This document shows positions 11,324-20,035 of a DNA stretch of 64,000 nucleotides, piece after piece. A program made the translations under genes and the position numbers. The first letter of the stretch is position 1, and each line of letters opens with the position of its first letter. The stretch covers positions 13,371-77,370 of the forward strand of contig CAADYC010000089.1 in assembly GCA_900753165.1 (NCBI GenBank), read 5' to 3'. This stretch comes from Clostridia bacterium. Lineage in GTDB: Bacteria > Bacillota > Clostridia > TANB77 > CAG-508. The notes under the pieces were generated by a model, which was given only the letters and a program-made list of their open reading frames with translations, had not been told where the DNA came from and did no database searches.

Positions 11324-11466
11324 TTATCCACCGTTAGAACGGCAAATGTGTAAAATGTAGAGGCTGTAACAGACTTGAATCAGAAAACTTTAAACGGAGT
11401 TTGGAGATGTGAAAATTACATAGAAAAGGAGCTAAAGAAAAGTGAACAAAATAGAAATACCATTTA
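11313..11466 (+). CDS. Cys-rich microprotein that needs two successive +1 steps, at CGG 11340-11342 and CGG 11395-11397
   Basis: With both steps the product reads MKYNYPPLE-GKCVKCRGCNRLESENFK-GVWRCENYIEKELKKSEQNRNTI, a CxxC..C..C zinc-finger-like product. Confidence 0.3.
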
Positions 11467-11798
11467 GGCTGCCATCGTTGAATCAATACATAAACGAATG
11501 CAGAAAAAATAGATATGCAGGAGCCAATATGAAGAAGAATGTTGAAAAAGATATTGGCTGGTATATAAACTTATTACCTGAATATAAAAATCCAATAAAA
11601 ATCCATTTCATATGGGTTGAAGAAAACAAAAGACGTGATTTAGACAATGTATGTTTTGCCAAAAAGTTCATATTAGATAGTATGGTAAAAGCAGGAAAGT
11701 TAAAAGATGACAATAGAAACTTTGTAAAAGGTTTTAGAGATGATTTTGAATATGGAAAATCAAGTAAAGTTATTTTAGAAATAGAAGAAATTAAATGA
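11442..11798 (+). CDS. rusA: RusA-family Holliday junction resolvase (GTG start)
   Basis: PSLNQY ... KRRDLDNV ... DD catalytic acidic motifs typical of RusA. Confidence 0.8.
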   Translation: MNKIEIPFRLPSLNQYINECRKNRYAGANMKKNVEKDIGWYINLLPEYKNPIKIHFIWVEENKRRDLDNVCFAKKFILDSMVKAGKLKDDNRNFVKGFRDDFEYGKSSKVILEIEEIK

Positions 11799-12106
11799 AA
11801 GGAAAAGAAATGCTACGAATAGATGATTATATAAGAACTGTAGACGGAAGAATCGGAAAATATTTAATTCATAACAATGCAGATTATATTGTTACAAATG
11901 ATAAGAGAATAGAAATTGATTCAAAAGATATAAAAAAGTATAGCGACAAACTAATTGATATAGTAGAAATGAATGACATAGTAAACGGAAAGAAAGTCAT
12001 AGCAATAATGAATAATACACAATTAGTTTTAGAAAATAATGAGAATGTTTATGAAGAAAATATAAAAACTATTTTAACAAAAGAAAATAAATATTATGAG
12101 AAATAA
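11795..12106 (+). CDS. Hypothetical phage protein
   Basis: ATGA-overlap with rusA. 103 aa. Confidence 0.5.
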   Translation: MKGKEMLRIDDYIRTVDGRIGKYLIHNNADYIVTNDKRIEIDSKDIKKYSDKLIDIVEMNDIVNGKKVIAIMNNTQLVLENNENVYEENIKTILTKENKYYEK

Positions 12107-12124
12107 AGTAGGAGGAGAGGAACA

Positions 12125-12688
12125 ATGTATGTAGATATATATAAAACAAATAAAAAATACAACATAATATATGCAGACCCACCATGGGAATACAAAGAAA
12201 GTGGTTCAGGAAAAAGAGTTGTTAAAGCACATTATCCAACAATGAATATTGAAGAAATAATGAAATTGCCAATAGCAAAAATATGTGAAGATACTTCTAT
12301 ATTATTTTTGTGGGTCACGTTTCCAAGACTTCAAGAAGGCTTGACACTTATAAAAGCCTGGGGATTCAGTTATTATGGACTTGGATTCGATTGGGTAAAA
12401 TTATCTAAAAATGGAAAACCAAGTTGGGGAATGGGATATTATACAAGACAGAATACAGAAATATGTTTGATTGGTGTTAAAGATAAAAATCACAGAATAA
12501 AACCACAAGTGAGAAATGTTTTATCAATAATACATAGTAAAAGAAGAGAACACAGCAGGAAACCAGATGAAGTGAGAGAAAACATAATAAAAATATGTGG
12601 TGATATACCAAGAATAGAATTATTTGCAAGACAAGAAACAGACGGTTGGGACTGTTGGGGAAATGAAGTAGGAGGAGAAGATGAATAG
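12125..12688 (+). CDS. MT-A70-family DNA N6-adenine methyltransferase
   Basis: DPPW catalytic motif (YADPPWEY) and C-terminal FARQETDGWDCWGNE. Confidence 0.8.
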   Translation: MYVDIYKTNKKYNIIYADPPWEYKESGSGKRVVKAHYPTMNIEEIMKLPIAKICEDTSILFLWVTFPRLQEGLTLIKAWGFSYYGLGFDWVKLSKNGKPSWGMGYYTRQNTEICLIGVKDKNHRIKPQVRNVLSIIHSKRREHSRKPDEVRENIIKICGDIPRIELFARQETDGWDCWGNEVGGEDE

Positions 12689-13068
12689 AGAGATAAAATT
12701 TAGAGGAAAATCAAAACGGAGGATGGCATTATGGGGATTTAATGACAATGAAACATTTTACAAACGAAGATATATATCAAATAGGAGATTTTGAAAAATC
12801 ATTGTGCTATAAAGTTGATAAAGACACATTAGGACAATACATAGGACTACACGATAAAAACGGAAAAGAAATATACGAGGGAGATATAGTTAAATACAGA
12901 GATAGCAGGGGACAACATATTGAAAAAGTAATATTTGATAAAGGTTGTTTTTATGCAGGAATGCACTGGGGAAGTTCAACAAGAGTAGCACCAAAACTAA
13001 TTAATACAAGAATAACAGAAGTAATTGGAAATATATACGATAATCCAGGATTATTAGGAGGAGAATAG
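12681..13068 (+). CDS. YopX-family protein, interrupted at in-frame CGG 12717-12719
   Basis: MNREIKFRGKSK in frame 0. The +1 frame gives GGWHYGDLMTMKHF..DKNGKEIYEGDIV..EVIGNIYDNP (YopX signature). Confidence 0.7.
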
Positions 13069-13070
13069 AT

Positions 13071-13322
13071 ATGATAGAAATAATTAAAAATATTTTATTT
13101 GGAGTAGCTCTAATAAGTGGAAGTATATGCACAATATTATTATTTTTAATTTTATTATATAGAGTAATACTTATCTTTATAGATAATATGAAAAATGCAA
13201 ATGTTTTTAGACAATGTTTGATGATTTATATTCACAGAAAAAGACCTGATATAAAAATAGAATTAGAAGATATTGATATACAAAAACAAGGAATACATTT
13301 GAATAAGAAAAATAAGGAGTAA
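13071..13322 (+). CDS. Small membrane protein
   Basis: One TM (ALISGSICTILLFLILLY). Confidence 0.45.
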   Translation: MIEIIKNILFGVALISGSICTILLFLILLYRVILIFIDNMKNANVFRQCLMIYIHRKRPDIKIELEDIDIQKQGIHLNKKNKE

Positions 13323-13329
13323 ATAAGAT

Positions 13330-13596
13330 ATGAGTTGCAAAGCTAAATTAAGACCAGATATAAAAGATAGAGGTAAACCAAGTGTAGAATTTGTTTTTGA
13401 AGGCAAGCCTAGATACTTTTGTTATGGATATATAGACCAAAGTACAGAGGAATTAATAGATGAGTGTAGAGAATGCCCAGAAAACGTTTACAGAGCAGAT
13501 GAAGTTATGCGAGATTTAAAAAAAGGAAAAAAAACTGTATATGAGGGTTTAAGAAATAGAACGTCTAAAATTTCCAAGGAGAGGAGTAATACATAG
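13330..13596 (+). CDS. Hypothetical phage protein
   Basis: 88-aa ORF in the operon. Confidence 0.45.
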   Translation: MSCKAKLRPDIKDRGKPSVEFVFEGKPRYFCYGYIDQSTEELIDECRECPENVYRADEVMRDLKKGKKTVYEGLRNRTSKISKERSNT

Positions 13597-13877
13597 TGAA
13601 AGAAAAAACAGTAGATAAAATTAAAATAGAAAATGAAAGAGATAAAAATTTATATATGCAAGGATATGAACAAGCATTAAAAGATATAAATTTAGATAAA
13701 TTTTTTCAAGAGGGATATATTTATGGAATCGAAGTTGAAAATAAGAATTGTATTAGAAATTTAGAAGAATTTATTTATGAATTAAAAGAAAAAAGGGAAA
13801 AAGGAAGTATTGTTATAGGCTATTGGCAAATAAAAAATATGATAGAGGAGATTATAAAACAATGCAAGATAAATTAG
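13596..13877 (+). CDS. Hypothetical phage protein
   Basis: 93-aa ORF with an ATGA-type overlap. Confidence 0.45.
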   Translation: MKEKTVDKIKIENERDKNLYMQGYEQALKDINLDKFFQEGYIYGIEVENKNCIRNLEEFIYELKEKREKGSIVIGYWQIKNMIEEIIKQCKIN

Positions 13878-14176
13878 ATAAAATAAAATTTTATGAGCAA
13901 TTAAAAAGATTTAATAATAAATATATACCAATTTTTATAATGATGCCAATTAATTCTAACAGTAAATATTCAATTATTTTAGATGAAAATAGAGTTGGAC
14001 AGAAAATAACTCATGATTATACTTTACAAATTTTTGATAGAACAAAATCAGGATATGAAAAGTATTTATGTAATGACATTGAATTTAACTTAATAAATGA
14101 AAATATAAAGACAGATTATCAATTATATAAATTTATATGTGAGAAAATAGGAGGTGTTTTAAGTGAAAGAAAATAG
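13862..14176 (+). CDS. Hypothetical phage protein
   Basis: ATG 13862 preferred over the upstream TTG. Confidence 0.4.
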   Translation: MQDKLDKIKFYEQLKRFNNKYIPIFIMMPINSNSKYSIILDENRVGQKITHDYTLQIFDRTKSGYEKYLCNDIEFNLINENIKTDYQLYKFICEKIGGVLSERK

Positions 14177-14390
14177 TATAGAAGATAGAGTTAATATATT
14201 AAAAATAGAATGTTATATTACAATAAATGATGAGAAAGAGCCAATCTTAAATATTGGTACAAGCTTTTCAAATATGATAGAAAGTGAAAAATTTAAGTAT
14301 TATAATGATGAGTTACATAAAAATATTAAACCAGTTTTAAACGATTTAAAACAAATGTTATTGACTACATTGGAAATGGAGGAAGAATGA
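14163..14390 (+). CDS. Hypothetical phage protein (GTG start)
   Basis: 75-aa ORF. Confidence 0.35.
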   Translation: MKENSIEDRVNILKIECYITINDEKEPILNIGTSFSNMIESEKFKYYNDELHKNIKPVLNDLKQMLLTTLEMEEE

Positions 14391-14866
14391 ACGAGGAAGA
14401 AAAGAATGCGATTGAAGAATTTAGAAAACAACTAAGATTAGCAATAAATATTGATGATGTTACAACTGCTATAAGAAATGACAATGCTCAAACAATATTA
14501 AATCTAATAGAAAAACTTCAAAAAGAGAATGAAGAGTTAAAAGAATATAAAAAAATTGCAGAATTAACAAAAATAAGTTGTTGCACTGCTCAAAATTGCG
14601 AAGCATTAAACAATTCAATTAAAAGTGAATTAGAAAATCAAAAATTAAAAGAGGAATTAAATGATATAAATCAAAAGTGGATTCAAAAAGTAAAAGACAA
14701 GATTGAAAAAGAAATAAAGTATCATGAAAAGAACATATTAGATATAGAGAATATAACTATGTTAAAGAGTAAAACAGCTAAAGAAGAAGCGAAAATTGAG
14801 TTCAATAAATATGTAATAGTAGTTTTAAAAAAGATGTTACAAGAACTACTAGAAGGGAGAAAATAA
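14387..14866 (+). CDS. Coiled-coil phage protein
   Basis: 159 aa. Charged repeats. Confidence 0.5.
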   Translation: MNEEEKNAIEEFRKQLRLAINIDDVTTAIRNDNAQTILNLIEKLQKENEELKEYKKIAELTKISCCTAQNCEALNNSIKSELENQKLKEELNDINQKWIQKVKDKIEKEIKYHEKNILDIENITMLKSKTAKEEAKIEFNKYVIVVLKKMLQELLEGRK

Positions 14867-15006
14867 AATGAATGGAAATGATAATGGATTCATAAAAAAT
14901 AGAAATAAAGAAAAACAAAGACAAAATAATGTAAGAGAATATCAAAGAAAATTCTTAAATAAAAAAATGAAAAGAGGATAAATAATAAGAAAGTAGAGGA
15001 ATTAGG

Positions 15007-15417
15007 ATGGAAATAAAAGAAAAAAGTTTAGATTTAAAATTAAATAAAGGACATGCAGTATGTTTTGATTTTGATGGTGTAATACATAAATATTCAAAAG
15101 GTTGGCAAGATGGAAGTATATATGATGAATATAATAAGGAAGTATTAGACTTAATGTTATTATTACAAAAATTAGAAATACCAATATTTATATGTTCTAC
15201 AAGAGAACCAATACAAATAATAAATTGGTGGAATAAACAAGGATTTTGGTGTGAAGCAATAAGTATAAGTAATGACAAAACATTTTGGAATGATTTGAAA
15301 TATACAGGTGTAACAAATAGAAAATTACCAGCACAATTATATATAGATGATAGAGCATATAAATATACTGGACAAACAGTAAAACAGTTTATATTAGATA
15401 ACTCAGAGGAGGACTAA
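15007..15417 (+). CDS. HAD-superfamily hydrolase (possible nucleotidase)
   Basis: Motif I CFDFDGVIH (DxDGV) near the N-terminus. A distal DD is present. Confidence 0.55.
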   Translation: MEIKEKSLDLKLNKGHAVCFDFDGVIHKYSKGWQDGSIYDEYNKEVLDLMLLLQKLEIPIFICSTREPIQIINWWNKQGFWCEAISISNDKTFWNDLKYTGVTNRKLPAQLYIDDRAYKYTGQTVKQFILDNSEED

Positions 15418-15420
15418 CAT

Positions 15421-15759
15421 ATGACAAAAGAACAAGCAATAGAAAGACTAAAAAAATTAGATTATTTACTTGATGATGTATATAGTACAGGATTAGTTGA
15501 AGATGAAGAAAGAAACAAATATCAAGATGCAATAGAAACGGTTTTGCCTATGCTAGAAGAAAAAGACAAAACAATTTCAAGTAAAGACAAAATAATAGAT
15601 TTAATGGCAAATCATATAGCAACAAGTGATAGTGACTTATGCGAGTATTTAGATATAACAACTAAATGTAAATATTATGCAGGAGACAATGGAAAAACTT
15701 GTGATAACTGTATAAAACAATATTTTGAAAATAAAGCAAAAGAATTATTAAATAAATAA
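15421..15759 (+). CDS. Hypothetical phage protein
   Basis: 112 aa with a C-terminal CxxC. Confidence 0.45.
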   Translation: MTKEQAIERLKKLDYLLDDVYSTGLVEDEERNKYQDAIETVLPMLEEKDKTISSKDKIIDLMANHIATSDSDLCEYLDITTKCKYYAGDNGKTCDNCIKQYFENKAKELLNK

Positions 15760-15811
15760 AAGAGCATACTACATCTAAAGAGTTTCTAAAGAGAATCTAA
15801 AGAGGTGTGGT

Positions 15812-16021
15812 ATGCAAGATAAAGAGATAATTCAAAAATGGAAGCAAGGATTAAGCAAGAATCAATTAGCAACAATGTATAAAAGACAATATAATCAAGA
15901 AATAAGGATAATAAGATCAAGTGTAAGACACAGACACGATGGAAGATACATAAGCAATTATGAAGCATTAGCTTATGTAGAAAAAATATTGTATAATTAT
16001 ATAAAAAAAGGAGAAACGTAA
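15812..16021 (+). CDS. Small HTH DNA-binding protein
   Basis: QGLSKNQLATMYKR helix-turn-helix-like segment. Confidence 0.4.
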   Translation: MQDKEIIQKWKQGLSKNQLATMYKRQYNQEIRIIRSSVRHRHDGRYISNYEALAYVEKILYNYIKKGET

Positions 16022-16315
16022 ATGAAAAATAAAAAAATAGAAAAAGAGTTAAATAAAATAAAAGATGTAAAAGACATTGTTGCTTATATTGAAAGCTTAG
16101 AGAATGAACTAGAGAAAAAAGGAGAAGAAAATTTAAAGTTAATAGATGAAAGAATATCAATAATAGAAGAGTTAGAAGAAAAAATAAGAGTTCAAGCAAT
16201 GCTAATAAGATTAAGCAAAAATGACAAAAAATTAAAAGAAACAGGAATACGCAGAAATGTCATCTACAAAGAAGTATTAGATATTTTTAAGAAGAATGAC
16301 AAAAAATTGTTTTGA
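16022..16315 (+). CDS. Hypothetical coiled-coil protein
   Basis: 97 aa. Confidence 0.4.
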   Translation: MKNKKIEKELNKIKDVKDIVAYIESLENELEKKGEENLKLIDERISIIEELEEKIRVQAMLIRLSKNDKKLKETGIRRNVIYKEVLDIFKKNDKKLF

Positions 16316-16329
16316 GAGAGGGTAAACAA

Positions 16330-16524
16330 ATGACAATAAATCACATATACAACGTAGTAGTAGACACAATGAATAAATTAGAAGATATAGACTTTATAAG
16401 TTTAGACAAGAGAAAATATAATCAGCAACAACTGAATGAAGCATATAGAATCTTAGATGATTTCAAAGAAGAATTGATAAGAGAAGATATAAAAAATAAA
16501 CAGAAAGGAGCACAAAAGATATGA
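16330..16524 (+). CDS. Hypothetical phage protein
   Basis: ATG 16330 preferred over the upstream TTG. Confidence 0.35.
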   Translation: MTINHIYNVVVDTMNKLEDIDFISLDKRKYNQQQLNEAYRILDDFKEELIREDIKNKQKGAQKI

Positions 16525-16997
16525 CTAGAGAAGATTTGATAGTATTATTAAAAGAATATAAAGAAAATAAAGCAAGATTAAATATTAAACTTAAAGAATT
16601 AAAGACAGCAAGAATAAAATTGAAATATGTTGATTCTGATACAAATATGACATCTTCATACGGAGATAATCAAGATATACATAGTAAAAATCAAATAAGT
16701 GATAAAGTATCAAGAAAAGTAGAAGAAAATGACACAAAAAGAATTGAACTAGAAAAGAAAATAGAAGAATTAGAAGAGGAAGTCAGAGAACTAAGAGAAA
16801 AAGTTGACACTGTAGAAGACAGGCTAGAGGGGTTAAAGTTTAAAGAAAGAGAAATATTAACAGCATATTATGTAGAAGGAATGACAGCAGAAGATATAGG
16901 AAATAGACTATATTTTCAATTATTTAGTCAGACAAGAAGCGGCAGACATATACAAAGAATAATAGAAAAAGCAACAGAAAAAATGGTCAAACTATAA
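16521..16997 (+). CDS. Late-gene transcriptional regulator (sigma-70 region-4-like, ArpU/RinA-like position)
   Basis: C-terminal EREILTAYYVEGMTAEDIG is a region-4-like HTH. Located just upstream of the packaging genes. Confidence 0.55.
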   Translation: MTREDLIVLLKEYKENKARLNIKLKELKTARIKLKYVDSDTNMTSSYGDNQDIHSKNQISDKVSRKVEENDTKRIELEKKIEELEEEVRELREKVDTVEDRLEGLKFKEREILTAYYVEGMTAEDIGNRLYFQLFSQTRSGRHIQRIIEKATEKMVKL

Positions 16998-17030
16998 ATG
17001 TCGTAAAAATGTCGTAAATATATCGTAGTA
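16998..17030. promoter_or_regulatory. Three direct repeats at 11-bp spacing (AATGTCGTAAA x2, ATATCGTAG), followed by TATAAT-like elements
   Basis: Repeats read directly. Immediately follow the late regulator stop codon. Confidence 0.3.
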
Positions 17031-17100
17031 TTATACAAATATATATAGTATAATAGCAATAGTAAAAAAGCTGAAAGGCAAATTTAAGGTAATCACTGTT

Positions 17101-17135
17101 AAGAATAGATGTTTTAAATGTCTATTCTTTTTATT
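17101..17135 (+). terminator. Strong rho-independent terminator
   Basis: AAGAATAGAT / GTCTATTCTT 10-bp stem, 9-nt loop, then TTTATTAT. Confidence 0.6.
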
Positions 17136-17153
17136 ATGAAAGGAAGTATGAAA

Positions 17154-17639
17154 ATGGAATTTAAAAAAGCATATGAAGCATTAAAACAAGGACATAAAAT
17201 AAAAAGAGAACATTGGAGAGGGTATTGGGTAAAAGAAAATGGAACTATAACAATGCATTGCAAAGATGGTAGTGTAATTCCATTTTTAGAAACGGAAGAT
17301 ATATTTGTAGATTTAGATAATATAGTAGCAGACAATTGGATTGTTTGCGATGATATAGATGAGCAAAAATTAAATATACAAACATTTACATTTGGAGAAG
17401 CTATATCTAATTTGAAAAGAGGCAAAAGAATACAAAGACAAGGTTGGAATGGTAAAGGACAATATATAGAACTTGCAACTTGTATAAGTTATAAAAACTC
17501 TAATAATGAAATAATAAATGCTGAACATGATGCAATAGGAAACAAAGCAATAGCATTTGTAGGAACATCAGGAGTTCAATTAGGTTGGCTAGCTAGTCAA
17601 GCTGATATGTTAGCAGAAGACTGGAAATTAGTAGATTAG
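17154..17639 (+). CDS. Tandem DUF2829-like domain protein
   Basis: Two repeats of the pattern F..A...LK.G..I.R..W.G (FKKAYEALKQGHKIKREHWRG; FGEAISNLKRGKRIQRQGWNG). Confidence 0.55.
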   Translation: MEFKKAYEALKQGHKIKREHWRGYWVKENGTITMHCKDGSVIPFLETEDIFVDLDNIVADNWIVCDDIDEQKLNIQTFTFGEAISNLKRGKRIQRQGWNGKGQYIELATCISYKNSNNEIINAEHDAIGNKAIAFVGTSGVQLGWLASQADMLAEDWKLVD

Positions 17640-17764
17640 TTATTACCAGTATGCTAGGTAACTGATAATATATAGTTTGTTATGTTTGGTTGAATGTAAT
17701 AAACCTCCTTTCGATGTATTTATATAAACTTTTGCAGAACTTACCTAGCGAGTTCTAAATATAT

Positions 17765-17840
17765 TGCATCTTAGTTCAAATGGTAGAACACAACACTTTG
17801 AATGTTGAAGTTTCAAGTTCGAGTCTTGAAGGTGCATCCA
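17765..17840 (+). tRNA. tRNA-Gln (anticodon UUG), CCA encoded
   Basis: Hand-folded 76 nt: acceptor TGCATCT/AGGTGCA, D-stem GTTC/GAAC, anticodon stem CAACA/TGTTG with loop CTTTGAA, T-arm TCAAG-TTCGAGT-CTTGA. Confidence 0.8.
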
Positions 17841-17845
17841 AAAAT

Positions 17846-17932
17846 GACAGATTAATTCAGAAGGTCTGAAACTTGTTTGCTAAACAATGTGTACCTAGAT
17901 GGTATGAGGTTCAGGTCCTCAGTCTGTCGCCA
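17846..17932 (+). tRNA. Class-II tRNA, probably tRNA-Ser (anticodon GCU), CCA encoded; one atypical connector nucleotide
   Basis: Acceptor GACAGAT/GTCTGTC, D-arm TTCA-GAAGGTC-TGAA, anticodon loop TTGCTAA, variable arm TACC-TAGAT-GGTA, T-arm TGAGG-TTCAGGT-CCTCA. Confidence 0.55.
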
Positions 17933-18232
17933 AATGAATTTGTAAGTTGTATTAGTGATACAAAAAAGGCGAGGCGGAGTGAAGGTCCTGTATAGAAGTC
18001 AATTACCAGTACACATATACAGCTATCGGTCAGGTAAAAGAATATTGAGTTAGCTGCTCAATAAAACCCTTTGTGTCACTAATAGAGCTTATAAAGAAAA
18101 GAGGAAAAGATATGGAAATAAAAGTAAAAAACTTAAAAGATTTATCATTAAAAGAATTAAGTTGTATGAAAGTAAAAGATTTTAAATCAAAGGAATCAGC
18201 AGTTGATAGAACAACTACTGATTGTAATAAAA

Positions 18233-18430
18233 CTATTTCTTAGGAGTTATATCATAGTTTTGAGTAAGCCAATTGTGATATTTTTCTAAAATCATACAAG
18301 TAATTTTAGAAGAACTTTGCAATATGTATGGATATCCTCTGTCGTTTGCATTTTCCTCTGTAACAGGAATTTCAGCAAAAGACAAATCTTCTTTAGAAAT
18401 AGCATCTAAGAATTTTTTAAAATCTGGCAT
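18233..18430 (-). CDS. Hypothetical protein, the only minus-strand gene in the late region
   Basis: Strong RBS GGAGGTGA 7 nt upstream of ATG. 65 aa. Confidence 0.45.
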   Translation of the reverse strand: MPDFKKFLDAISKEDLSFAEIPVTEENANDRGYPYILQSSSKITCMILEKYHNWLTQNYDITPKK

Positions 18431-18523
18431 TATTAATCACCTCCAATCGAGATGATTATAACAAATTAAGAATAAAAATAATGTCGAAATATGTCAAAAA
18501 ATAAAATAAAAGGAGATGTACAT

Positions 18524-18646
18524 ATGACTAATCAAGAAAGAATAGAACAATTCAAAAAAGAAAACTGTAGTAAATGCAAAAAGAATATAGACTGTAAAAT
18601 AACAAGAAGAATAGACGGAAAGTTAACATGCACAGAAGAGGAATAG
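18524..18646 (+). CDS. Cys-rich microprotein (40 aa)
   Basis: AAAGGAG RBS. CxxC..C..C. Confidence 0.3.
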   Translation: MTNQERIEQFKKENCSKCKKNIDCKITRRIDGKLTCTEEE

Positions 18647-18649
18647 AGT

Positions 18650-18907
18650 ATGATTCAATGTTTGATAGATAATAAAATATGCCCAAACGGGAATAAAAAG
18701 TGTAAAGTATGTAAATTTGACAGTTGTGAGGAAGTTCTAGATATGATAGATGAAGAACAAAAATATAAAGATAATGACAAATTAAAACAAATAAAAAATG
18801 AATTACCAGAACAGTGTAAAAACTGTTCTTTTTTAGAGATTACTAATTTACGAGAAGGTAAAGTATTTTGTCCTTATATGATTAAAGAAAGGTGCATAAT
18901 AAAATGA
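18650..18907 (+). CDS. Cys-rich hypothetical protein
   Basis: 85 aa with eight Cys in CxxC-like pairs. Confidence 0.45.
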   Translation: MIQCLIDNKICPNGNKKCKVCKFDSCEEVLDMIDEEQKYKDNDKLKQIKNELPEQCKNCSFLEITNLREGKVFCPYMIKERCIIK

Positions 18908-19278
18908 AATTTAAGATAAATAATACAGAATGGACAATAGAAGAAGTTGATGAAGCAACAATAAATAATGAAATGAAATCAGATGGGACTTTAGGAGTAA
19001 CAATATATAGAACTCAAACAATAATGTTACTAAAAGACCAAGCTAATATAATAAAAACACTAAAACATGAATTAACACACGTATGGCTATTTGAATATGG
19101 ACATAGACCAGATGAAAAAAGATATAATGAAGAAGATATTTGTGAAATAGTTGCAAGTAGCAATGATTTTATAAATGAAATAGTAGAACAATATAAACAA
19201 AATAATGGTGTAAAGATAGAACAAAGAATAGATTGCATTTTATTAGATGGAAAACAAATAACTTTTAAAAAGTTGTGA
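18904..19278 (+). CDS. HExxH zinc-metallopeptidase-like protein (ImmA/IrrE-like)
   Basis: HELTHVWLFEYGH motif. Start ATG 18904. Confidence 0.5.
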   Translation: MKFKINNTEWTIEEVDEATINNEMKSDGTLGVTIYRTQTIMLLKDQANIIKTLKHELTHVWLFEYGHRPDEKRYNEEDICEIVASSNDFINEIVEQYKQNNGVKIEQRIDCILLDGKQITFKKL

Positions 19279-19290
19279 GAGGTGAAGATA

Positions 19291-19470
19291 AATGAATAAC
19301 AAATATTTAATTGTTTATAACAAAGAAACTAAAGAAATAATAGCAATTATACCAGTAATAAAAGGAAATGGGTCCGCAATATTCAAAAAAGGATATGATT
19401 CTATAATAAAAGATTGTAACGAAAAGTATATAACTGGTGATGGAAAACATATTTATTTAGAAACAGAGTA
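19291..19470 (+). CDS. Hypothetical 59-aa protein
   Basis: GAGGTG RBS. Confidence 0.35.
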
Positions 19471-19471
19471 G

Positions 19472-20035
19472 GTGAGTGAGGTGGCAAAGTATGACTGGAA
19501 GCAGTTAGAAAAAGAATACATATTAAGTAATTATAAATCAGTAAGTAGCTTCTTAAAAGATAAAGGAATATCTATAAATGGAAGTACTAAAAAAAGTACT
19601 AAAGGTTGGAAAAATAAAAAAGTACTAAAAGAGGAACAAAAAAGTACTAAAGTTATAGAAAAAGTAATAGAAAAAGAATCAGAAAAAGAAGCTAATAAAA
19701 TAATACAAGTAAAAGATATAGCAAATGATTTATTAAACAAAATAGTACAAGCAAACAACGAACTTAACATGCATATAGCAAGAAATAAAAAAAAGACCAA
19801 GACAGTAGAATATAATTACGATATGTGCAAACCAAGTAAAGAAACAATAAACGAAGAGGAAGAAATAAAATCGTATATAGATATTATAGATAGAAAAGGA
19901 CTAAAAGAACTTACATCTGCATTGAAAGACTTAAATGATATATTAGGACCAAAAGAAGATGATGATGAAAATGATAATTCATTTATAGAAGCCTTAAATG
20001 GAAAAACGGAGGACATTTGGAATGAAGAAGGGTAA
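19472..20035 (+). CDS. Terminase small subunit (GTG start)
   Basis: Position immediately 5' of terL with an ATGA-type overlap. Basic N-terminal DNA-binding-like region. Confidence 0.55.
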   Translation: MSEVAKYDWKQLEKEYILSNYKSVSSFLKDKGISINGSTKKSTKGWKNKKVLKEEQKSTKVIEKVIEKESEKEANKIIQVKDIANDLLNKIVQANNELNMHIARNKKKTKTVEYNYDMCKPSKETINEEEEIKSYIDIIDRKGLKELTSALKDLNDILGPKEDDDENDNSFIEALNGKTEDIWNEEG

